Part shown: in pieces, positions 19,501-27,900 of the stretch | Layout: every line of letters starts with the position of its first letter | How positions within the stretch are numbered: position 1 is the first letter of the stretch | Assembly: GCA_020630395.1 (NCBI GenBank) | Contig: JAHDBM010000002.1 | Coordinates: forward strand, 20,234-84,233 | Reading direction: 5' to 3' | Source: Flavobacteriales bacterium | GTDB lineage: Bacteria; Bacteroidota; Bacteroidia; Flavobacteriales_D; CAJJDF01 | Length of the DNA stretch: 64,000 nucleotides | The notes under the pieces: model-generated | Seen by the model: only the letters and a program-made list of their open reading frames with translations | The model's database searches: none | What the model was told of the DNA's origin: nothing | Program-made: the position numbers and the translations under genes

Positions 19501-21683
19501 TATGTAAAAGTCAAGATTCTAGTACGTTAATAGGGCCTTTTACATTTACAACATTACCATCATGCCCAGGTGTTGATTCAATATCAGCCTTTGGTACTTT
19601 AGACGATACTACATCAATAGCTATTGTTGCAGGAACTTATGATAGTGTATGGCAAATTCAATATGGTTCAGTAGGATTTCCTATTGGAACAGGAACAATA
19701 GTAAATACAAATACTGATACTGTAGGAATAGGAGGTTTATCAGCTAACTCTTCTTACCATGTATATGTTAGAAGTATATGTACTGTTGGAGATACTAGTG
19801 CTTGGTATGGTCCAATTACAGTAAATACGTTATGTATTATTCATACTGCACCACATTTAGAGATGTTTAACGTAAATACTTTACCATTTTGTTGGGCAGA
19901 GAATGGAGATAATTCATGGGAATATGGTAGTTCTGCAACAACACCAACTGGATTTGCTGCATATGGAGCTGCAAATGTCCCAGATTACTCTTCACCAGCA
20001 ACAGGAACCTTTATTGGTATGGATGGATCAGATAATAGCAATGGAGATATTAGTAATTTGATAACTCCTTTTATAGATATTTCATCATTAACAAATCCAG
20101 GATTAATGTTTTCTGTATTTAGTAATAACATTGATGATGCAGCTCAAAACAAATTGCTTGTAGAAGTTTATGATGGAACATCATGGGTTCAAGTTGATTC
20201 TATTCAAGCAAATTTAGGTGTAAACTGGGAAAGAAGATATATAGACTTAAGTGCTTTTGGTTCGTTAGTTCAGGCTAGATTTAGTGTTGAAGGTGTTTCT
20301 AATGGAGGATCTACCTTTTATAATGATATATTGTTAGATGATATAGAATTTGATAATATACCATCATGTCTTCCATTATCAGGTGTTTCAGTTTATTCAA
20401 TAGGCATTGATTCAGCTAATATTACTTGGACTCCAGGACCTAATGATAGTGCATGGATTATAGAATATGGTCCTGCTGGATTTACACCAGGAACAGGAAC
20501 AATATTAGGGTCAAGTAATGATAGTGCTACTGTAAGTGGTCTATTATCTGATACTCCGTATGATTTTTACGTAAGAGGAGTTTGTACTGGTAATGATACA
20601 AGTACCATACTTGTTGGTCCAGCAACTGATACTACATTACCTAAATGTTTAAGAGCTCAATCTGTAACTATTTTAAATAGTGATAGTGTGTCGATTAATA
20701 TAGGATGGAATACTGATCCAACTCAAGCTTCTTATATTGTAGAATATGGTCCGGCTGGATTTACACCAGGAACGGGAACTACTGCTACAGTAATATATCC
20801 TAATAATTTCTACCAAGCGACTGGACTTAATCCTTCATCATCTTATGATTTTTACATTCAAACTGTTTGTAATTCTGGGGATAGTAGTGTGTTAGATGGC
20901 CCTTATACAGGTTACACAGAATGCTCTGTTCTTTCATTTAATCTTTCTGAAGGGTTTGAAAGCATTCCTGCTATAGGAGCAAACTTAATGCCTCAATGTT
21001 GGTTATCTGATGGAGATTGGGAAAGTGCTATAGGTGTTGCATCTAACAATAGAGGACCAAGAACCGACTCTACATATATTTTTGTTGAGTGGTCTGCTGA
21101 TGACTGGGTTTTTGCTCCATTTTATAACTTAACAGCAGGTAGTGTCTATGAATTCTCATTTTGGTATAATACAGATGGTAATTCTGGATGGGACTCTGTT
21201 AGAGTTGGTGTTGGTAATGATCAATCAAGTGCTGCTATGACAGAGATTTTATATGTGGAAAATGATCCGTTACACACTACTTACAAAGAAGTTAAAACAT
21301 ACTACACACCAACAGTTTCTGGAGTGTATACCTTTGGAGTGCATGTTTCAGCTAATTTTTCTCCATGGTACCTTTCTTTTGATGATTTTGGTTTAAGAGA
21401 TACAACTAATCCAATTGGAATTGATGAATTAACGTTAACTAATAAATTTATCGTTTATCCTAATCCAAATGAAGGAGAGTTTACGTTATTAAACCAAGGA
21501 GAGAACTATAATGCTCAAATGACATTACATGATTTACAAGGAAGAGTAGTGTATCAATCGACTAATAATTTCTCAAAAGGAGAAAGAAAACAAATTAGTA
21601 TCAGAAACGCTAATGCTGGAGTTTATATATTATCTATTTCTGATGGTGTAAAAACTGAGCAACATAGAATTGTTATAGAGTAG
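16590..21683 (+). CDS. Giant multi-module T9SS cargo protein (MAM/choice-of-anchor-J-like beta-sandwich domains alternating with about 8 Fn3-like modules, type A CTD)
   Basis: 1697 aa with signal peptide MKKLLFIIFPVLFAVSHLKAQ. A recurring roughly 90-aa module reads C(P)..S....G.DSA.LTW..G..D.AWIVEYG..GF..GTGT....D...L.GL...T.YDFYVR..C..GD.S...GP..F.T. There are four larger domains that begin with FE.GF-like motifs. The C-terminus is VYPNPNEGEFTLL...GVYILSISDG...IVIE (TIGR04183-type). Confidence 0.85.
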   Translation: MKKLLFIIFPVLFAVSHLKAQYFVEDFENGGAFPSGWTLTNAPDDWLIGDGTNDGPGTVQSGSYCAYFDDYNYLAGTTADMITPRIDLTLGANTELRFWYHDGDGTDNVEVLVSTDSVSWSSVLITAGTVDPWTEQVVDISSLDGEDSVWIAFRGVSVYGFSNPHVDNITVLDGPTCPDVTSLSSFLNGTDSANLTWLAGGADTAWIVEYDTAGFAPGTGITLQVSDDTTTLYGLIQNTNYDFYVRGICGLGDTSIWSGPLTFSTQATCPVLTIPYVYNVGSDSTDLTWTAGSNDTAWIVEYGLSGFALGTGTSMQIGNDTTTLLGLTQATGYDIYVRGICGAGDTSVWVGPVPFTSRCAFEVAPWTETFAIEAATCFTETGSEPFDYGSNVSTPAGFADYGADFAPDYTTGGGGTFIGIDGSGNNDGDSSVLTTPFVDISALTVPAFSFAYFSNNVDDAALNKTYVEFYDGTSWIPLDTIQANLGSSWVVQEYDLSAYTITGNVQARVAVVSVSNGGNIFNHDILFDDISFNELRSCVGPIASTSNGVTEDSVYFAWTGDATDSAWVVQYGQSGFAIGTGTTVSVGVDSLNIGGLAPATSYDIYVRGVCSAGDSSAWFGPLTVMTNCPTAFTPSYLQDFAVYDPLCWYEADAPIAASNTLTPGTNGWDGVNFGNAGTNQSAYINLYDIVTDWLVSPVIDLGSGTTNYQLSFDVAATAWNSTVSATFDADDSVSLIISLDSGATFVDTNIIHTWKAGNEPSNTGDAELFNLAGYTGKVAFAFYAASSTFTTDSDFFIDNFLVDTAPACPDPSSISLISTTQDSAILTWVQGWSDSAWILEYDTTGFTPGTGTVVNAANDTASINGLIFSTTYDVYLRSICSSTDTSNMIGPLTFTTKDKCPDPSAITDLLIDRDSAIITWTPGISDSIWFVEYDTTGFTPGTGNDSTLVNDTITLLNLSFNTTYDFYLRSLCKSQDSSTLIGPFTFTTLPSCPGVDSISAFGTLDDTTSIAIVAGTYDSVWQIQYGSVGFPIGTGTIVNTNTDTVGIGGLSANSSYHVYVRSICTVGDTSAWYGPITVNTLCIIHTAPHLEMFNVNTLPFCWAENGDNSWEYGSSATTPTGFAAYGAANVPDYSSPATGTFIGMDGSDNSNGDISNLITPFIDISSLTNPGLMFSVFSNNIDDAAQNKLLVEVYDGTSWVQVDSIQANLGVNWERRYIDLSAFGSLVQARFSVEGVSNGGSTFYNDILLDDIEFDNIPSCLPLSGVSVYSIGIDSANITWTPGPNDSAWIIEYGPAGFTPGTGTILGSSNDSATVSGLLSDTPYDFYVRGVCTGNDTSTILVGPATDTTLPKCLRAQSVTILNSDSVSINIGWNTDPTQASYIVEYGPAGFTPGTGTTATVIYPNNFYQATGLNPSSSYDFYIQTVCNSGDSSVLDGPYTGYTECSVLSFNLSEGFESIPAIGANLMPQCWLSDGDWESAIGVASNNRGPRTDSTYIFVEWSADDWVFAPFYNLTAGSVYEFSFWYNTDGNSGWDSVRVGVGNDQSSAAMTEILYVENDPLHTTYKEVKTYYTPTVSGVYTFGVHVSANFSPWYLSFDDFGLRDTTNPIGIDELTLTNKFIVYPNPNEGEFTLLNQGENYNAQMTLHDLQGRVVYQSTNNFSKGERKQISIRNANAGVYILSISDGVKTEQHRIVIE

Positions 21684-21707
21684 TTTAAAATAATTAATCT
21701 AAAGACA

Positions 21708-21738
21708 AATGGAGGTGTATATTACACCTCCATTTTTT
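21708..21738 (+). terminator. Rho-independent terminator
   Basis: AATGGAGGTGTA-TAT-TACACCTCCATT (12-bp stem) followed by T6. Confidence 0.85.
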
Positions 21739-21773
21739 GTATATTTACTTTTCAACAATTCTTGTAAATAGCA

Positions 21774-23324
21774 TTGAAGTATATTCTTTTCATATTATTA
21801 ATGATATTCATAAAGCCCTTTTTCGGTCAAATGATTGAGAACTTTGATTCTGGAACATTTCCACCAATAGGTTGGCAAGAATATCATAGTGGTGTTGATG
21901 CGTTAACAGATTCTAATATTAGAGCATATTCAGTTCCAAATAGTTCAGTTTTTGATGATGCATTTGGAGTGGATACAAGTTGGTTAGTTACTTCAGTTGT
22001 TAATATTCCTTCAAATGGAGAACTAACTTTTTGGCAAAACCAAAATTATGATTCATATTATATATATCATGGAATATGGATTTCATTAGTTGGAGGAAAC
22101 CCTTCTAATGGTTCATATATTGAGCTTGATAGTCTAGGAGCTGGAACAGAGGACACGTGGGAAAAAATCACTTTGGATTTAAGTGCATATACTGGACAAA
22201 ATGTTTACATAGCATTTAAGTATATTGGTGATTTTGCTGATGAATGGCATGTCGATAATGTGATGATTGATTCTGCTGGAGCTCTAGGTTGTACAAGTCC
22301 GCTAAATATTACTGATAGCACAACCGGATCAGACTCTGCAATACTAAAATGGACACCATTAGGAGGTGAATTATATTGGAAAATTGAATACGGATTAACA
22401 GGTTTTACTTTAGGAACAGGTTCGTTTGTTTATGCAAATGTGCCTTATAAAGACATGCAAAACTTACAGCCAAACACTACTTACGATTTTTATATACAAG
22501 CTTTTTGCTCATCAACAGATTCTAGTGCATTTAGTCCAGTATTTTCGTTAACTACTGAGTGTAGTTCAAATGGAAATATGGTGTTACCTTTTCAAGAAGG
22601 TTTTGAAAATAGTAGTATACCATCAATTCCTTGTGGATGGTATAGGTTAGATGTTAACTCAGACACTAATTTTTGGATAACAGATACAACTAACCCTAAC
22701 ACGGGTAATCAATCAGCTTTTATAAGTTATTCAGCCCCAGGTATTAATCAAAATGATTGGTTATATACGCCAGCTTATAATGTGTTAGATACAACTAAAC
22801 TTTATGTTTTTGGTTTTTCCTATGCTTCTAGATCTGGCTCAGCTTTTCCAGAAAAATTAGCTGTACACTCAACAAAAATTAAAGATGGTACATCTATACA
22901 GCATACTTTTTTTGAGGATACCGCTATTTTAACCAATAACATATATAAGGACACAAGTTTTACATTTAAATTTAATGATACTGGAAAACACTATTTTGGA
23001 TTCCATTTATTTAGTAATCCAGATCAATGGAATTTTATGTTAGATGATGTGTTTTTTAGAGAAAAAGGATCAATAGGGATAAAAGAAATTGATATTGATA
23101 ATATTATTATTTATCCTAACCCAACAAAAAGCCAACTTCATTTTAGGAATAATACAAAAATAATTAATTACAGTATTTATGATGTGTCGGGAAAAAAATT
23201 AGAACACGTTATATTAAATAGCAAAAAAGGAGAATTATCGTTAGAGACATATAAAAAAGGTATATATTTTATAGTATTTATGATAAACTCTCAATCAATT
23301 ACGAAACAAATAATAAAGCATTAA
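21774..23324 (+). CDS. T9SS cargo protein (two choice-of-anchor-J/MAM-like domains plus one Fn3-like module, type A CTD)
   Basis: 516 aa with a TTG start that gives the signal peptide MKYILFILLMIFIKPFFGQ. The same Fn3-like module occurs (DSAILKWTP..ELYWKIEYGLTGFTLGTGS...TTYDFYIQAFC). CTD IIYPNPTKSQLHF...GIYFIVFM. Confidence 0.8.
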   Translation: MKYILFILLMIFIKPFFGQMIENFDSGTFPPIGWQEYHSGVDALTDSNIRAYSVPNSSVFDDAFGVDTSWLVTSVVNIPSNGELTFWQNQNYDSYYIYHGIWISLVGGNPSNGSYIELDSLGAGTEDTWEKITLDLSAYTGQNVYIAFKYIGDFADEWHVDNVMIDSAGALGCTSPLNITDSTTGSDSAILKWTPLGGELYWKIEYGLTGFTLGTGSFVYANVPYKDMQNLQPNTTYDFYIQAFCSSTDSSAFSPVFSLTTECSSNGNMVLPFQEGFENSSIPSIPCGWYRLDVNSDTNFWITDTTNPNTGNQSAFISYSAPGINQNDWLYTPAYNVLDTTKLYVFGFSYASRSGSAFPEKLAVHSTKIKDGTSIQHTFFEDTAILTNNIYKDTSFTFKFNDTGKHYFGFHLFSNPDQWNFMLDDVFFREKGSIGIKEIDIDNIIIYPNPTKSQLHFRNNTKIINYSIYDVSGKKLEHVILNSKKGELSLETYKKGIYFIVFMINSQSITKQIIKH

Positions 23325-24838
23325 TGAAAACACTTTTACTTATTACATGTTGTCTTTCTAGTATAAACATCATGTTGTCTCAAAATTTAATAGAAGGCTT
23401 TGAAGACTCAACTGCTCCTGCTACAAGATGGACAATGCAATATGCTAATTTAAGTTATCCTTCAGGAAATGAAATGATTCATTCTACTGATGATGCATAT
23501 CAAGGTAGTCAGTCTTTTAGATTTAGCTCTTATAGCTTAGGGGCACCTTATGATCAATATTTAATAACACCATTGTTAGATGTTACAGCAAATGATAGTA
23601 TAGTTTTTTGGTATAGAAAAGATGTTCAAGGAACAGAGACATTTAGAATAGGGTATTCTTTAGCTGGTAAGAATCCACTTACTGATTTTAGTTATGGTCC
23701 AGATATAACAAATGCTGATAGTGTTTGGCAAAGATTAGTGTACCATGTTCCCCCTGGCACAAATTATATTAATATACATTATAAGAGTACCTACTCTTTT
23801 TATTTATATGTTGATTCTGTAGTTGGTCCTCCAGTAAAAGCATGTACTACTGCTGTTGGTGTTGATACGTTATATTATTGTGCCGGAGATAGTGTTAATG
23901 TATTAGGTAATTGGTATACAAGCGATACAGTAATTAATGATACAATACCTTATGGTTCATCTGTTTTATGTGATACCGTCACTCAGCATGTCGTTCAATT
24001 AGCTCCTAATAATTTTGGATTAGATACCATTTATTATTGTGTCGGAGATAGTGTATTATATAATGGAAATTGGTATAATTCTTCCCAGCAATTTTTTGAT
24101 ACATTGCTAATAAATAATAGTTATGGTTGTGACAGTTTAATTCAAGTTCACGTTATAAAAAATACTATGCCAATAGGCTTGCAAGATTTGGAGCTTTGTG
24201 AAGGGGATAGCGTTCAAATAGGAGTTAATTGGTATTATAGTTCTCAAACAGTTTATGATACAATTCTTGGAGCTGCTAGTAACGGATGTGATTCAATTAC
24301 TATACATTATATAAGATTAAAAACCGTTACACCTAGATTAAATATAGGTCAAGATATTACAGTATGCCAAGGTAGTGCCTTATCGATTTTTGCGAACTCT
24401 GGTTACGATTCATATTTATGGAGTAATGGGCAAAATACAAATGTGTTATCAATAAATGGAACTCAAACAGGATTAGGAAGCTTCGATTATATTCTTACTG
24501 TTAATCAGGCATCAACAGGATGTAGTGCCTCTGATACTGTGAATGTGCAATTTAATAGTTGTGCAGGAATTAGCAGTTTAAACGACTTGAATTATGGATT
24601 AGTAGTGTATCCAAATCCATCAAGAGGAGAAGTTACCATAAATACTAAAGTGTCTAATACTCAAAATAGTTACTATACTATTGTTGATGCAATAGGTCAT
24701 GAGATAGAAAGATTTAATATTAACAACCTTACAACAAGTAGTCATTACACATTGAACCAAATGTATAGTAAAGGTGTATACTTTGTTAGTTTATATACGA
24801 ATAACAAAAAGATTACTCAAAAGTTAATTGTGTTTTAG
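23324..24838 (+). CDS. T9SS cargo protein (N-terminal choice-of-anchor-J-like domain, three Cys-bracketed repeats, Ig-like module, type A CTD)
   Basis: 504 aa. Its ATG overlaps the upstream TAA (TAATG). The repeats read YYC.GDSV...GNWY.S......T......CDS......V. CTD VVYPNPSRGEVTI...GVYFVSLY...KLIVF. Confidence 0.8.
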   Translation: MKTLLLITCCLSSINIMLSQNLIEGFEDSTAPATRWTMQYANLSYPSGNEMIHSTDDAYQGSQSFRFSSYSLGAPYDQYLITPLLDVTANDSIVFWYRKDVQGTETFRIGYSLAGKNPLTDFSYGPDITNADSVWQRLVYHVPPGTNYINIHYKSTYSFYLYVDSVVGPPVKACTTAVGVDTLYYCAGDSVNVLGNWYTSDTVINDTIPYGSSVLCDTVTQHVVQLAPNNFGLDTIYYCVGDSVLYNGNWYNSSQQFFDTLLINNSYGCDSLIQVHVIKNTMPIGLQDLELCEGDSVQIGVNWYYSSQTVYDTILGAASNGCDSITIHYIRLKTVTPRLNIGQDITVCQGSALSIFANSGYDSYLWSNGQNTNVLSINGTQTGLGSFDYILTVNQASTGCSASDTVNVQFNSCAGISSLNDLNYGLVVYPNPSRGEVTINTKVSNTQNSYYTIVDAIGHEIERFNINNLTTSSHYTLNQMYSKGVYFVSLYTNNKKITQKLIVF

Positions 24839-24871
24839 ACATAGTAAAGCATAAAATGCTGTTTTATATAG

Positions 24872-24879
24872 TATTTTTG
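24872..24879 (+). promoter_or_regulatory. Candidate -7 promoter box TATTTTTG
   Basis: Exact TAnnTTTG match, 58 nt upstream of the ATG at 24937. Confidence 0.35.
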
Positions 24880-24936
24880 TAATTTGTAAGGTATTTACTG
24901 TAACAAAACCCTTTTTTTTGAGTTATACATATTGGA

Positions 24937-27900
24937 ATGATTACTACAATTAATTGTAAAAAAGTATTTATTAACGTGTCATTAATGCTATTAGTGATGT
25001 GTTTTTATGCGCTTTCTTTTTCGCAAGATCCAATAATGGTTTTTGAAGGAAAAATTACAGATGCATCTGGGAAAAAACTATCTGGAGCAACCGTTAAGAT
25101 ATATAGAAACGGTCAAGAAGTAAGCTCTTCTGTAACAGGATCTAATGGACGTTACGAAAATTATGAGGCTTATTATGGTTATGTGTACAAAGTTGTTGTA
25201 ACAAAGGATGGATTAGTTCAAAAATCAGTTGAAATTGATGCTAAAGAAAATTTCTTTGAAGAAGACGTAGAAGAAGAAATTCGAGTTCCTATTGATGTTA
25301 GTATGGTTAAAAAGGAAGCTGGGATTGATTATAGTCCAATAGAAAATCAGCCTGTAGCGAAATTTCATATTGATAAAAACACAGGACTACTAGATATTGA
25401 TTATCCATTTGTAAATGGAAGAAAAAAGGAAATAGAAGACTTTTTTAAGCGAATAGCTGCAGAAGCCAAAAATAAGGACAAACGATTTAATGAATTAGTT
25501 AAAGCAGGTGATAAAGCATTAAAAAAGAAAGATTACGAGAGTGCGATTAAAAATTGGAAATCAGCTATAGAAATAAAAGAAGATGATGAGCTTCTAGTAA
25601 AAATAACAGATACTGAAATGTTATTAGATGAAGTTCAAGGTGAGCGAAAAATACAAGCAAAATTTGATGGCCTAATAAAGGAAGGAGATGATTTATTAGC
25701 CGGAAATAAATTTGATGAAGCAATTGCCAAATATCAAGAAGCGCAAACAGTACTCCCAAAAGATAAATTACCGAAACAAAAAATACAAGCTGTTAACGAT
25801 AAGCGTGATAACCTTGAAAAAGATAAAATAGATAAAGAGTATAATGATTTAATGGCTCAAGCAGAGACAGAAATCAAGGCAAAAGAATATACTAAAGCTA
25901 TAGAAACATTAACCAAAGCCAAAGGAGTTAAACCCAAAGAAAGAACACCAGATAGTAAAATAAAACAGATTAATGAGATCATAGCTAAAGAAGCAAAAAA
26001 CAAAGCTCAATATGATAATTTAATAACTACAGCTGATGGTTTATTTGATGCTAAAGATTATAAAAAAGCGAAAGAAAACTACGAAGATGCGCTTGCACTT
26101 ATATCTGGAGAAGAACATCCAACTAATAGAATAGCAGAAATTAAGACACTTTTAGCCGATCAAGAAAAAGCGGATCAAGAGCTAAAAGAAAAAAGAGATC
26201 AATACGAAACACTTATTAAACAAGCAGATAAAGAACTTAAATCTAAAGACTATACTTCGGCTAAGGATAGTTATACAAAAGCGGCTGAATTATTTCCAGA
26301 TGAATCATACCCAAAAGGGAAATTAACAGAGATTGAAAATCTAATTGCTCAAAGTGAAGCCGAATATCAACAATTAATTAAAGATGCTGATAAGCTAGTT
26401 GCTGATAAATCTTACGAAGATGCAATTGCCAAGTATGAGTCTGCGTTAAATCTAAAAAAACAAGAAGCATACCCTAAACAGCAAATAGAGAAAACCAAAG
26501 CGTTATTAGTAGAACAAAAGAAAAATGCGCTTGATGCGGAAAAAACTAAACAAGAGTATGATCGATTAATAGATGATGCCAACAAGCATTTTACAGCTAA
26601 AAACTATAACAAAGCAAAAGAAACATATAAGCAAGCGTCTCAATTATTACCAGACGAACAATACCCTAAAGATCAATTATCTGCTATTGAAAATGCACTT
26701 AAAGAGTTAGAAGATCAATATAAAAAGGTTATTGTTACAGCTGATGCTCAAATGGAATCAGGTAAGTTTAAGGATGCTATAACAAGTTATGAGTCTGCAT
26801 TAAAAATGAAAGACGATCAATATCCAAAAGATCAAATTGAAAAAGCAAAAGGATTAATTGCTGATAAAGAAAAAGAAGCATTAAATGCTCAAGAGCTAGA
26901 AAAAAAATATGCAGATTTAAAAGCACAAGGAGATAAAGAGCTGAGTAATCAAAACTACAATTTAGCGAAAGAAAAATATGAAGAAGCCCTTCGTATAAAA
27001 CCAGATGCTAAAGAACCAAAAAAACAAATTGCTTTTATTGATGAAATGAATCGTAAAAGAAAAGAACGATTTGATAAATATATTGCTCAAGCTGATGAAT
27101 TATTTGATGGAGAAAAATTTGAAGTTTCAATAGAAAAATATGAAGAAGCTTTATGGATTTTGCCCGTAGAACAATACCCAAAAGATCAAATTGAAAAAGC
27201 GAGAAAAAAATTAGAAGAAGCAAAAAATTCTGAATTAGCTGAAAAAGAAAAAGAAGAAAAATATAAACAGTTAATTAACAAAGCCAATGCAAGCTTTAAT
27301 CTAGAAAAATACAGAGAAGCTAAATCTCCTTACACTGAAGCATTAACGTTAAAGCCTGCAGAACAATATCCAAAAGATCAATTGGCAATTATAGAGGCAA
27401 AGCTTAAAGAATTAGAAGAGAAAAATGCTGCTGCTAAAAAAGAGGCAGATAAAGAAAGAAAGTATAATCAATTGATTGCACAAGCTGATAAAGAATATGC
27501 TAATGATAAATTTGAAATAGCAAAAGAATCATACAAAAAGGCATTGGAGATTAAAACAGATAAGTATCCTGAAAATCAGATTGAAAAAATAAATAAAAAG
27601 CTAGCACAGTTAACGCAAGATAGAGAATTAAAAAAGCAATATGATAAAATCATTGCGGTTGCTGATAAGAACTTTACATCTAATGAATTTACGGATGCTA
27701 AAGAATTATATAATAGGGCATATAAATTATATCCTTATGATGAGTATCCTAAAAGAAAGATTTTAGAAATAGAAAAATTAGAAGCAGATATTGCTTTAAG
27801 AAAAAAACAAAAAGCTGAAGAAGAGGCAAGAAATAACATTAAGTATCAAAAACTTATCGTGCTTGGAGATGATAATTTTGGAGCAAAAAAGTGGGAGCTA

